Positions 55,099-64,000 are shown, counted from the stretch's first letter. The stretch: DNA of 64,000 bases from an uncultured Gammaproteobacteria bacterium (GCA_964485585.1 CAZAJT010000001.1:150-64149), one strand, 5' to 3'. Numbers and translations are program-made. The notes: generated by a model from the letters alone, not told the origin.

Positions 55099-56577
55099 TC
55101 AGACCTTCTCAGTAACCTTATAAGTAATTTTTTTTCCCAGTAATAATCTGGTATGCGCTTCAAGAGCAGGGAGGGAGGATAAGACAAATGAGACGAGCGG
55201 TAAAAGGTACCACTGAATTATTAGAAAAGGAATACTTACCGGGTTTGTTTTGACCGCGACTTTTTTTCTAAGTTGTATATCAAGATAAATGTAAAGAATA
55301 AGCATCAATGATGCGGTAGTCAATATAAATCCAGAGAGTTGCGGAAGAAGAAAACCCAGCACGGTTCGTTTGAAAACAGGATTTACCAGAGGAGGTATCA
55401 ATGCGCTTAAGGTAAGGATAAAAAATGACGTTGGCCAGAGCAGATGGGTCTCGGCGAGAAACGCCATTTTTTTAAGCTTTGACAAAAAAGGAATATGAGG
55501 AGTATTAAAAAGTTTCCCCCAAGTATACCCAATGTCGCTTGCACCCCATGCCCATCGTTTTTCTTGTTCATATCTATTTTTCAATGTCTTAATAATATTT
55601 CCCGAATAGACGGCGTCGCCATTTATAATCGTATAGAGCGGTAAAGTTTTCACTTTGTCACCAAAAGTAAAAAACGCTTGATAATATATGTGCCAGTCCT
55701 CAGGAATAACATCAACATCCCAATATCCAACCTGTTTAAGAAGCCATAGATTTGTTGAGTATGTCGATATATGGATTAGTTTTTCTTTTTGAGATAAAAA
55801 TGCCAGTCGCAATAATGATGAAAGAGTGGCCTGCATACGAACAAAAAAGGGGAGCCGCCAAAAGTTGTTATAAAGTAGTACTGGCGCCCAGTAAAAATGG
55901 TAGCTGCGGTCCCTATCTTTTAAAAATTCATACGTAAGATAGGAGAAGTAATTTTTCGAAAATATGCTATCCGCGTCACAGATAGTAATAAGAACATGCT
56001 TGAATTCTAAACTTCTTTCTACTGCGTATTGTTCAACCATCCTTACCGCATTTGTTTGATTGCTTGCTTTTCCGGGCACTTCATTCGTTTTCAGAACATG
56101 ATAAGAAGAGATGATGTCTTTGAAATGATCACGGTATTTTAATCGCAACTGTTCATCTTTTTCTTTTGCTTCTGCTTCTCTCATCTCAAACGCGAGGACA
56201 AGAACGAGATTTTTAAATGGATAATCACTTTGAATAATTGCCTCAATAGTAGATTCAAGCTTATGAAGAGGTTCTTTGTAATTGGGGATGACTATAAAGT
56301 GATAAATATCTCTGCTCTTGGTCTTCTGCAGCAATTTTTTATGATAAGGGATTTTCCCATACGAAAGTATCTGAAGATATGAAATTGTAGCATAATAGGC
56401 GGTACCGACGGATTTGTATAAAAAATACAGATCGAAACATATAATAAAATATGCGACTACTGCTGGATGAAATGGAGAAAGCCACAAAGGAAGCGTAATA
56501 AGAAGCCACGTGAGAATCGGAATGCCCACTTCACCTATCTTAAGAAAAAAACGCGATGTAGCCAATCGATCAGTCAT
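55099..56577 (-). CDS. membrane-embedded processive GT2 glycosyltransferase (cellulose/chitin-synthase-like)
   Basis: The DxD motif (ICDADS), the Q-x-x-RW motif (YEQEKRWAWGA), and flanking TM segments. Confidence 0.6.
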   Translation of the reverse strand: MTDRLATSRFFLKIGEVGIPILTWLLITLPLWLSPFHPAVVAYFIICFDLYFLYKSVGTAYYATISYLQILSYGKIPYHKKLLQKTKSRDIYHFIVIPNYKEPLHKLESTIEAIIQSDYPFKNLVLVLAFEMREAEAKEKDEQLRLKYRDHFKDIISSYHVLKTNEVPGKASNQTNAVRMVEQYAVERSLEFKHVLITICDADSIFSKNYFSYLTYEFLKDRDRSYHFYWAPVLLYNNFWRLPFFVRMQATLSSLLRLAFLSQKEKLIHISTYSTNLWLLKQVGYWDVDVIPEDWHIYYQAFFTFGDKVKTLPLYTIINGDAVYSGNIIKTLKNRYEQEKRWAWGASDIGYTWGKLFNTPHIPFLSKLKKMAFLAETHLLWPTSFFILTLSALIPPLVNPVFKRTVLGFLLPQLSGFILTTASLMLILYIYLDIQLRKKVAVKTNPVSIPFLIIQWYLLPLVSFVLSSLPALEAHTRLLLGKKITYKVTEKV

Positions 56578-56596
56578 AGTTCTTATTATACCCTAC

Positions 56597-59536
56597 CTAT
56601 TGCCATGCCTCACAGATCATCTTAAATGAGCAAAAGCTACACCACGGACCCACCCGGGGTTGAAACGTATCGCCTCTAATCTGTTCGACCAGATTGGTAA
56701 TTTGTTTTTTGACAGTATCCATATCATCCTCTGTTTTCTGCATGCTGATACGCTCCATATCCTGAAGATAGTAAAAGGTCAAATGCACATCTTCAAGCTT
56801 TTTCCCATAAAGGCCGGTGTCTATAGCGGCGAGGGCGTATATCGAAAGCTGGAGATTTTTCTTCAACTCCTTTTCTTCCGGTTTTTTCCCAGTCTTATAA
56901 TCGATGATTTCTATGGCGCCATTCTCCTTTTGATCGATACGGTCAATCTTACCGACAATAAATGTTTCATTTGGGAGCTTGATTTTAAAGAATTTTTCAA
57001 GCGCGATGATCGCAATGTCCTTGAGATGAAATGTTTTAAAATACTTCGTGAGCATTTCCTCGCCCTCTTTCCTCATTTTTTTCTCATGGGTTGAAGAAGT
57101 ATAGCCGGCAGGTATCCATGATTGTCGATATATTTCAAGGAGGCGTTTTTGATTGAGGAGTGGGTCGGTAAGATACTCTTGATAGAATTTTTGGAGGGTA
57201 CGATGAATGCTGTCGCCAAATGAAGCTGCAGCTGAGACCATTGTTGGGATTTTTAATAGATACTGATACTTATATTGCAGCGGACAAAGAGTAAATGTTT
57301 CAAGCTGACTGAATGAAAAATTTGAGAGCGTGGGTTTTTTGCGGACGATCGACGATTCTGTATTTTTGAAATCAAATATAGAAAGCTGTATTTTTTCCTC
57401 TTTTTTTAAGCGTTCATATTTATTTACGGTATCTATGCCCACTGTTTCAACGACAAATGGTGAAATTTTTCTCTCTCGTTTTCCTTCTCCGTATGCGCGT
57501 GATACAGATAGGTACACTTGATTTTGTGCTCGGGTGAGGCCCACATAAAATAATCTTCGCTCTTCTTGCAAGTGATAGTCACCCTGAGGGAGAATTTCTT
57601 TAATCAATTCATTGGGAATAGGAAGAGGTTCCTTGCGTTGATACGATGGGAATCTTCCCATAGTTAGATTCACTAAAAAGACTACCGGAAATTCGAGTCC
57701 TTTTGCCCCGTGCAACGTCATTATCTGTACAGCGTCGTACGATGTGTTATCGGTATCCTCTGCAGGAGGAGATTCGCCAAGTTCCAAGCTCATGTCGATG
57801 TAATCTACGACTGCAAAGACCGAGGCGTCTTCATGTTCATTTTCGTAAGATTTGAGTTTGTTAAAAAACTTGGTAACATTTAAAGCAATTTTTTCCTGCA
57901 GGATAGAGGTAACGGTAGTTAATTCTTTCAGATAGCCGGTATCTTCGAGAAAATAATACAATATTTGTCCGGCAGTATTTTTTTTCACCAGACCAAGATG
58001 TCGTCGCATCATACTATACAGTTTGTAAAGCGTTTTTTTTGTCTCCTCGCTGAGAAGCGGTAAAAACTTTCTATATATCTCGTATTCTTCTTTATATAAT
58101 TCTTGGTTTATAAACGATAAATATATCTCGATTGTTTGAAACAATGATACGGAAACTTTCTTTGCGCATGAAAGAAGCAGGTGAATATCTCGGGCATCAA
58201 GTTGAAAAATATCCATGAGTAATACTCTATAAAGTGCCACAGAGTCTTCTATGTTATACAGCACCTTAAGATATGCAATGAGATCTTTTACTTCTGGTTG
58301 TTTAAAGAGCATTCCAGGGCCAAGAAACTTATAGGGTACGCCGTTTCGTATCAATGTTGAAATAAATGGGTCAGCGTGATTGTTTGCCCGCACTAATATT
58401 GCGAAGTCTGAAAAGTGATAACTCTGTTTTTGTTTTAACGCAAGTATGGTTTTTACTACATGTTCCGCTTCATCGTTTCCATTTTCAGCAATAGAGAGAT
58501 GGATTGTGTCGATGTGGTTTCCCCGAGCAGCGATGAGTTTTTTTGATATGTCAAGTTGAGCTTCAAGCGTATCAGGATCATTATTTTTTATGAGTCGGTG
58601 GGAGGCGTCTAAGATATCTTGATAGGAACGATAATTCTTTATAAGGGTAATTTCTTTCGCTCGCTTATAATCTTGCATAAAGGTGAGAATGTTAGAAACC
58701 GATGCGCCACGGAATTTATAGACTGCTTGTGAGTCATCTCCAACCACCGTAAGGTTTGGTTTGAGTTCTGGCGGGCAAAGCAGTTTTAACAAGAGATATT
58801 GAGCAATGTTCGTATCCTGAAATTCATCCACCAGGACGTATTTAAATTGTTGTTGATACTGTTTGAGAAGCGCCGGTCGAGCTCTCAGAAGCTTTAGTAA
58901 GTGGTAGATAAGATCAGAAAAATCAAAATATCCTTCGCGAATTTTTATTTCCTGATAGGTATGATACGCCTGTACAAGTTCAAGAATTTTCTCCTTTTCT
59001 TCAGGAGTTTTCTCAGCGTCTTGTTGTTGGGCGACGAACCACTGCATATATTCTTCCGGACTGATATCCTCATCTCGTATTCGTGAAAAATGCTGCAGGA
59101 GCGCATCTAAAAATTTTTGAGGGTTGCTCAGCGGTCGAAAGTATTTTAAATTGAATAGAAACAGTTTTGATCGCAGAAATAGAATTGTTTCAGCTTGCGT
59201 AAGGAGTTTATATCCGAGATCCAACCCAATATGATACCCATCTTCGCGAAGCGTCCTATCGGCAAACGCATGGAAAGTAGAGATCCACATCTGAAAGTAT
59301 CCATATGGCATTGCTTTGTCTACTCGTTCTTCCATTTCAATTGCCGCCTTTTCGGTGAAGGTAAGCGCAAGTATTTCTTCTGGTCTGGCAAAATTATTTA
59401 AGATGAGATGTTTGATTTTCTCGACAATAACCGTTGTTTTTCCGGTTCCAGGACCTGCGACAATAAGCAGTGGTCCAGCGGTGTGTATAATTGCCTCTTT
59501 TTGTTCTTGATTCAGCTGCGAGAGGAGTTCAGACAT
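56597..59536 (-). CDS. UvrD/PcrA-type helicase fused to a PD-(D/E)XK nuclease with Cas4/AddB-like Fe-S cysteines
   Basis: AGPGTGKT, VDEFQDTN, LHGAKGLEF, LFYVGLTRA. The C-terminus has C..(CPLQYKY) ... IDRID..DYKTGK ... CSFCSFKMIC. Confidence 0.8.
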   Translation of the reverse strand: MSELLSQLNQEQKEAIIHTAGPLLIVAGPGTGKTTVIVEKIKHLILNNFARPEEILALTFTEKAAIEMEERVDKAMPYGYFQMWISTFHAFADRTLREDGYHIGLDLGYKLLTQAETILFLRSKLFLFNLKYFRPLSNPQKFLDALLQHFSRIRDEDISPEEYMQWFVAQQQDAEKTPEEKEKILELVQAYHTYQEIKIREGYFDFSDLIYHLLKLLRARPALLKQYQQQFKYVLVDEFQDTNIAQYLLLKLLCPPELKPNLTVVGDDSQAVYKFRGASVSNILTFMQDYKRAKEITLIKNYRSYQDILDASHRLIKNNDPDTLEAQLDISKKLIAARGNHIDTIHLSIAENGNDEAEHVVKTILALKQKQSYHFSDFAILVRANNHADPFISTLIRNGVPYKFLGPGMLFKQPEVKDLIAYLKVLYNIEDSVALYRVLLMDIFQLDARDIHLLLSCAKKVSVSLFQTIEIYLSFINQELYKEEYEIYRKFLPLLSEETKKTLYKLYSMMRRHLGLVKKNTAGQILYYFLEDTGYLKELTTVTSILQEKIALNVTKFFNKLKSYENEHEDASVFAVVDYIDMSLELGESPPAEDTDNTSYDAVQIMTLHGAKGLEFPVVFLVNLTMGRFPSYQRKEPLPIPNELIKEILPQGDYHLQEERRLFYVGLTRAQNQVYLSVSRAYGEGKRERKISPFVVETVGIDTVNKYERLKKEEKIQLSIFDFKNTESSIVRKKPTLSNFSFSQLETFTLCPLQYKYQYLLKIPTMVSAAASFGDSIHRTLQKFYQEYLTDPLLNQKRLLEIYRQSWIPAGYTSSTHEKKMRKEGEEMLTKYFKTFHLKDIAIIALEKFFKIKLPNETFIVGKIDRIDQKENGAIEIIDYKTGKKPEEKELKKNLQLSIYALAAIDTGLYGKKLEDVHLTFYYLQDMERISMQKTEDDMDTVKKQITNLVEQIRGDTFQPRVGPWCSFCSFKMICEAWQ

Positions 59537-59548
59537 AAAAAAGAGCTG

Positions 59549-60433
59549 CTATTTATGGTGCGGCAACTTGTTCCAATAGGCTTCATATACTGCTGCGCCC
59601 GTGAAAAAAGTAAGTAATACAAGATAGGTGGCAGGAAGAAGTATGAGCTTTACGTTTACTAATCCCAGCGTGTAATTAATAATGAGAGGGATAGTAATCG
59701 CATGCATGCCCAACTGCAATGTTTTCTTAAAAGATAATGCGGGTAAAAACAGTTTCCCTATGGTAAATGCAATAATGCTCGCAATGAGTAAATAGAGTAT
59801 GTTTACCATTACTAAGATAATAGGGAGCCCGATGACGGCAGCAGCAATAACAAAGAAAGTCCACGATTGGAGCACCATCTGGACGTTCTTCTGAATTTCG
59901 GTAATAACAGCTTTGTCGATTTGCGCGGTGATTCCTTTCAACGAAAGCAGTTGATAACCCTCTACATTTTTTAGATTACGTACGGCAAATGTTGATTGAG
60001 TTGCATACATGATGGGTTTATAAGAAGGTATTGTGTTGCCTGAAACCATATGGTCAACCACTAAAAGAATCATTTTTTTTCCTTCATAGTCAAACCACAT
60101 AAAATAGGGGTGTTCAAGATTAGTAGACAATCGTCCATTCCTGATAGTAATTACCAGTGATTGTGGAAAAGACTGGAGACTTTTGGACAGACTCTGTATT
60201 ACCTTCTGTACTCTTAATACAGCGGGATTCTTTATGGTGAAAAAAAAGAGAAACGCAAAATATAAGATTGCAATTAAGATGAGAAAATACCTTACGGAAT
60301 GCACAAACGATGTTTTTAGCAGTTTATGATAATAAGGATGATGAGGAAATGCGCTGTTAATAAAAACAAGAAAAAAGGTCTTGACTTTTCCCATGGTAAG
60401 AATTATCATAGGAGGGTAGCATAAAAAAATCAA
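59549..60433 (-). CDS. hypothetical polytopic membrane protein (DUF1189-like?)
   Basis: A 294-aa ORF with several TM segments. The domain assignment is tentative. Confidence 0.45.
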   Translation of the reverse strand: MIFLCYPPMIILTMGKVKTFFLVFINSAFPHHPYYHKLLKTSFVHSVRYFLILIAILYFAFLFFFTIKNPAVLRVQKVIQSLSKSLQSFPQSLVITIRNGRLSTNLEHPYFMWFDYEGKKMILLVVDHMVSGNTIPSYKPIMYATQSTFAVRNLKNVEGYQLLSLKGITAQIDKAVITEIQKNVQMVLQSWTFFVIAAAVIGLPIILVMVNILYLLIASIIAFTIGKLFLPALSFKKTLQLGMHAITIPLIINYTLGLVNVKLILLPATYLVLLTFFTGAAVYEAYWNKLPHHK

Positions 60434-60492
60434 CTGCTTTATTTTTTTATCGCTTGTGAAATTCTTGATAATTTAAAAGTTATTATTTTATT

Positions 60493-61677
60493 ATGGCAGA
60501 AGGTGTATTTCAACGAACAAAACCTCATTTAAACATTGGTACGATCGGTCATGTTGATCATGGTAAAACTACATTGACTTCTGCCATTCACTACGTGTTG
60601 TCAAAAAAAGGTCTTGCGAAGTTCCTCAGATACGAGGATATAGATAAAGCACCTGAAGAAAAAGCGAGAGGCGTCACTATCAATATTCATCATTCAGAAT
60701 ATGAAACAGAAAAAAGGCATTATGCGCATATTGATGCACCTGGTCATGCAGACTATATTAAAAATATGATTACTGGAGCAGCGCAGATGGATGGCGCTAT
60801 ACTGGTGGTATCTGCTCCTGATGGTCCGATGCCTCAGACAAGAGAACACATTCTGCTTGCCGGTCAGGTAAATGTGCCAGCAATTATAGTCTTTCTTAAC
60901 AAGATTGATATGGTGCAAGATAAAGAAATTGTTGATCTTGTGGAAATGGAAGTACGCGACCTTCTTAAGAAGTATAAGTTTCCTGGTGACGAGGTACCCA
61001 TTATTAAAGGATCCGCGCTCAAAGCTCTTCAGGATGACCCTGCTGCTATACAGGCCATTGAAGAGCTCATGAAAGCGGTTGATGATTATATTCCGGAGCC
61101 AGAGCGACCGATCGATAAGCCGTTTTTAATGCCAGTGGAAGACGTATTTACCATCCAAGGGCGGGGCACCGTGGTTACTGGTAGAGTAGAGAGAGGCTTA
61201 CTAAAAGTAAATGGAGAGATTGAGATAGTGGGTATAAAACCAAATAGAAAGACCGTGGTAACCGGTATTGAAATGTTTAGAAAAACCCTCGACGAGGCAC
61301 GGGCAGGTGATAACACCGGACTTCTTTTGAGAGGAGTTGAAAAAACTGATGTTGAGCGAGGTCAGGTAATAGCAAAGCCTGGCTCAGTTACTCCGCATAC
61401 AGAATTTGAGGCAGAAATCTACGTACTTACAAAAGAAGAGGGAGGTCGCCACACACCATTCTTTAAAGGATATCGTCCCCAATTCTACATAAGAACTACT
61501 GATATTACCGGTGAACTCAATTTACCAGAAGGGGTAGAGATGGTAATGCCAGGAGATAATGTGAAGATCTCGGCAAAGTTGATCTATCCAGTAGCATTGG
61601 AGGAAGGATTGAAGTTCGCTATCCGTGAAGGTGGTCATACCGTTGGAGCCGGCGTTGTGACGAAAGTGCTAAAATAA
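60493..61677 (+). CDS. tuf: elongation factor Tu
   Basis: [31 protein letters not shown]. Confidence 0.98.
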   Translation: MAEGVFQRTKPHLNIGTIGHVDHGKTTLTSAIHYVLSKKGLAKFLRYEDIDKAPEEKARGVTINIHHSEYETEKRHYAHIDAPGHADYIKNMITGAAQMDGAILVVSAPDGPMPQTREHILLAGQVNVPAIIVFLNKIDMVQDKEIVDLVEMEVRDLLKKYKFPGDEVPIIKGSALKALQDDPAAIQAIEELMKAVDDYIPEPERPIDKPFLMPVEDVFTIQGRGTVVTGRVERGLLKVNGEIEIVGIKPNRKTVVTGIEMFRKTLDEARAGDNTGLLLRGVEKTDVERGQVIAKPGSVTPHTEFEAEIYVLTKEEGGRHTPFFKGYRPQFYIRTTDITGELNLPEGVEMVMPGDNVKISAKLIYPVALEEGLKFAIREGGHTVGAGVVTKVLK

Positions 61678-61714
61678 TAATAGGAAGCAATAAGTTGGGA
61701 AGCTCTTTTAAAGT

Positions 61715-62023
61715 ATGCCAAAAGGTAGAATCAGAATACGATTGAAAGCGTATGATCATCGGCTAGTTGATGAAACATGCCAGAAAATAGTAGACACCGC
61801 GATAAAGACAGGCGCATCCATAAAAGGCCCCATACCGCTCCCGACAAAAGTTGAGATATGGGCTATAAACAAATCCCCTTTCATTGAAAAAGATGCGCGC
61901 GACCATTTTGGCTTAAAAACACACAAACGACTTCTTGATATTATGAATCCCACAAATCAAACCATAGACTCCCTTATGCACCTCGAGCTCCCCGCCGGCG
62001 TAGAGGTTGAGGTGAAGATGTGA
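61715..62023 (+). CDS. rpsJ: 30S ribosomal protein S10
   Basis: IRIRLKAYDHRLVD......GPIPLPT....W.....PF..K.ARDHF...THKRLLDI. Confidence 0.95.
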   Translation: MPKGRIRIRLKAYDHRLVDETCQKIVDTAIKTGASIKGPIPLPTKVEIWAINKSPFIEKDARDHFGLKTHKRLLDIMNPTNQTIDSLMHLELPAGVEVEVKM

Positions 62024-62071
62024 CAACAGAATGTATTTGACTTTTCAATCAGGCTTTGAAAGAATAATCCT

Positions 62072-62743
62072 ATGGATTCGCAACAACCGCAGATTCCTTC
62101 CCAACCCGCTGCACCCGCGAAGCGAGACAGGCCATCAGCGCCAACTACTATTGAATCGCATAGTCCAAAATCGAAACTTCCGTTTATGGCTATTCTTGTT
62201 ATTCTCTTGTTCCTTGTTGCCGGAAGTAGTTATTACTTCGGAACAAGAAACACACAAATAAATCAATCATTTCAGTTATCTCCTACTCAGACATTAACGG
62301 TTCAACCAACAACTGTTATCGATGAAACAGCAAGTTGGTTAACTTATACCAGCGATGATTTAAAAATAACTTTTAAATATCCTCCTAACCTACAGGTAGA
62401 AAGTAGCAAAAATGAAGTGAAAATCTTTAATTCTAATACTAAAAATACACCTGAATATTCCTTTATAGAATATGTGTTGTATGGTAATACGACTAATCAA
62501 AGTATTGAAGATTATGTTAAAAAAAAAGAAAATATTAGTTCACTAAAATTTTCTAATTTACTAGTTGGAGGATTTGAGGCTAAACGAACTATAGAAATTC
62601 CCAAATCTGACATTAACGATTCTATTTTTATTAAAAAAGGCTATGAAATCTACAAATTTGATTTAAATAATGCTGGTGATGCTGGCAGTATCTCTTCAGA
62701 GAATTTTGAAAAAATCCTTTCCACCTTCAAATTCCTCGACTAA
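62072..62743 (+). CDS. hypothetical membrane-anchored protein inserted between rpsJ and rplC
   Basis: A 223-aa ORF with a P/Q-rich N-terminus, one TM segment (LPFMAILVILLFLVAGSSYYF) and an A+T-rich distal part. No domain recognised. Confidence 0.55.
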   Translation: MDSQQPQIPSQPAAPAKRDRPSAPTTIESHSPKSKLPFMAILVILLFLVAGSSYYFGTRNTQINQSFQLSPTQTLTVQPTTVIDETASWLTYTSDDLKITFKYPPNLQVESSKNEVKIFNSNTKNTPEYSFIEYVLYGNTTNQSIEDYVKKKENISSLKFSNLLVGGFEAKRTIEIPKSDINDSIFIKKGYEIYKFDLNNAGDAGSISSENFEKILSTFKFLD

Positions 62744-62851
62744 CTCTTCCTCAACGACTTAAAGAAAGTATGTGCGAGGCATACCGCCTGCAACCAACGA
62801 GGTTGCGAGTAGGTTGTTGCAACAATCTTTCACACGGAGGTGCGTATTCTA

Positions 62852-62880
62852 TTGACAAATATCTTCAGATACTCTACAGT
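62852..62880 (+). promoter_or_regulatory. sigma70-type promoter of the 48-aa membrane-protein gene
   Basis: TTGACA (62852-62857), a 17-nt spacer, then TACAGT (62875-62880). Confidence 0.5.
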
Positions 62881-62907
62881 AAAGTTAAGGTAAATTATTT
62901 TCCATCT

Positions 62908-63054
62908 ATGAGGAAAAAAAGGAAAATTGCAAGAAAAACCAGGTCATATGCGCGTCCCCCTCAAGCTCATTTCGAATATTTCTTCAGTAACCCGGTTCTT
63001 CTCATAGCGGTTATTTTCGGAGCACTATTTGTGACACTTTACCTGTTTCAATAA
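62908..63054 (+). CDS. 48-aa basic N-terminus + single-TM protein
   Basis: MRKKRKIARKTRSYARPPQAHFEYFFSNPVLLIAVIFGALFVTLYLFQ. This internal ATG of track ORF 62770-63054 lies downstream of a good promoter. Confidence 0.45.
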   Translation: MRKKRKIARKTRSYARPPQAHFEYFFSNPVLLIAVIFGALFVTLYLFQ

Positions 63055-63076
63055 ACTACAGCAAATTAACTTCATA

Positions 63077-63198
63077 TTGACCAATGGACTTATATGGTAT
63101 ATAATCTATTTCAATGGTGATTTTCTTTACCGAGAAAATTAACTAGTAGCTCTTTCCGGATTGGCAATTAGAAAGCCCCCAATCTGGGGCTATTTTTT
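63077..63198 (+). promoter_or_regulatory. rplC promoter plus leader with alternative terminator/antiterminator structures
   Basis: TTGACC (63077-63082), a 15-nt spacer, then TGG-TATAAT (63095-63103). The terminator is GCCCC-CAATCT-GGGGC (63173-63188) followed by TA-T8. CCGGATTGG (63154-63162) can pair with CCAATCTGG (63177-63185), which excludes the terminator. Confidence 0.55.
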
Positions 63199-63210
63199 TT
63201 GAGTAAAACT

Positions 63211-63891
63211 ATGGTAGGGTTTAGTTTGGGTGAAAAAATACATCAGTCACAAACATTCACAGAGGATGGAAGGAGAGTTCCAGTAACTCATATTCTCACA
63301 TCACCCTGTTATGTTCTCAATGTCAAATGGCCATCTATTGATGGCTATTTTGCTATCACCCTTGGTTTTGGCAAGGCAAAAAATGTCAAAAAATCAATCA
63401 AGGGACAACTAGACAAAGCGGGGATTAAAACCCCGCTGCGTTTTTTAAAGGAGATTCGTCTCGAGCGCTACAAAGACGTTGTCACTCCGGTTGAAGGGAA
63501 TGGTAAAAAAGGTATTGCCGTTGGTGAAACAAAGATAATTATTGGTGAGGAATTGAGACCTGTAACCCTTTTTACGAAGGGTGATAAAGTGAACATTACT
63601 GGCACTTCGAAAGGAAAGGGTTTTCAGGGAGTTGTGCGCAGACACAAATTTGCGGGTGGCCCGAAAACGCACGGACAGTCAGACCGCCATCGCGCTCCTG
63701 GTTCTATTGGGGCAACGACAACTCCAGGTCGGGTATACAAAGGAAAACGGATGGCTGGTCGCATGGGAGGAGATACCGTAACGGTACGAAATTTAGAGAT
63801 TGTAGGCGTAACCGATGATGCATTAATCGTAAAGGGATTGGTACCAGGTACAAAACACAACCTTCTCGAAATCACAACGTCTACGAGTTAG
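63211..63891 (+). CDS. rplC: 50S ribosomal protein L3
   Basis: FTEDGRRVPVTHI, GTSKGKGFQGVVRRHKFAGGPKTHGQSDRHRAPGSIG. The start is taken at ATG 63211 (the track uses TTG 63199, inside the terminator T-run). Confidence 0.93.
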   Translation: MVGFSLGEKIHQSQTFTEDGRRVPVTHILTSPCYVLNVKWPSIDGYFAITLGFGKAKNVKKSIKGQLDKAGIKTPLRFLKEIRLERYKDVVTPVEGNGKKGIAVGETKIIIGEELRPVTLFTKGDKVNITGTSKGKGFQGVVRRHKFAGGPKTHGQSDRHRAPGSIGATTTPGRVYKGKRMAGRMGGDTVTVRNLEIVGVTDDALIVKGLVPGTKHNLLEITTSTS

Positions 63892-63900
63892 CACTTATTT

Positions 63901-64000
63901 ATGTCACCTATTAAAGAAACAAGTACGCCAGCTCAGAAGAGATCCGTGAAAAAAAAGTCTCCAAAGACGACCGATGGATTAATGATTTCAATATATGATA
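63901..64000 (+). CDS. rplD: 50S ribosomal protein L4, 5' fragment (runs off the window)
   Basis: ATG lies 10 nt after the rplC stop, with an open frame MSPIKETSTPAQKRSVKKKSPKTTDGLMISIYD. The assignment rests on conserved rplC-rplD order only. Confidence 0.5.
   Translation, partial: MSPIKETSTPAQKRSVKKKSPKTTDGLMISIYD

Noticed and set aside
60455-60492. Possible tuf promoter TTGATA-18-TATTAT
   Set aside because: The -10 candidate overlaps the ATG itself, which is incompatible with the clearly conserved EF-Tu N-terminus. No convincing alternative could be defined by eye.
62770-62907. N-terminal 46 codons of track ORF 62770-63054
   Set aside because: This part overlaps hairpin/palindrome sequences and the TTGACA-17-TACAGT promoter, so the shorter 62908 start is more plausible. 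The whole ORF remains low confidence.
1-64000. tRNA, rRNA, tmRNA, RNase P or SRP RNA genes
   Set aside because: No T-loop (GGTTCGAATCC-like) motifs or long non-coding gaps were found. The largest non-coding stretches are accounted for by repeats and leaders. This is a by-eye search and could miss divergent RNAs.

Overview
This is a densely coding 64-kb chromosomal segment with about 68 protein genes on both strands. I recognised no rRNA, tRNA or CRISPR array by eye. The standard genetic code applies, since TGA is a frequent genuine stop. Gene content suggests a Patescibacteria/CPR (Microgenomates-like) genome: a minimal IF-2 and AspRS, DUF4012/DUF5679/DUF3048/DUF4446/PEGA-type proteins, many small membrane proteins and few Shine-Dalgarno sites. 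That assignment is inference and cannot be verified here. Housekeeping blocks are aspS-recJ, rmuC, nusA-infB, secDF, cca, hrcA-grpE-dnaK-dnaJ-epmA-efp, radA, argS, glyA, a UvrD-nuclease fusion, and tuf-rpsJ ... rplC-rplD. There is also an envelope-glycan cluster (GT2-GtrA, UXS, ugd, rfbD, rfbB, wecA-like, GT39-like, GT2). Five observations stand out. (1) Nt 1-5000 is a visibly A+T-richer, unidirectional array of unrelated small genes separated by five homologous 75-85-nt repeats that begin TTCCAAC and end GTTGGAA. This is the layout of an integron cassette array with attC sites; the integrase would lie beyond the left edge, and two cassette genes are decayed. (2) A T-box-type leader with promoter, antiterminator and terminator precedes ornithine cyclodeaminase. 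(3) Intergenic gaps hold four copies of a nested-hairpin MITE/REP-like element and several families of short-period (7-nt or 4-nt) hairpin or tandem repeats; one family is duplicated as a promoter module. (4) Many sigma70-like promoters sit 6-10 nt from the ATG, implying leaderless mRNAs, including a CIRCE-overlapped hrcA promoter. (5) rpsJ and rplC are separated by a 1.2-kb insertion, and rplC has its own promoter plus a terminator/antiterminator leader. All protein calls rest on by-eye motif recognition in the supplied translations; no database search or folding program was available.
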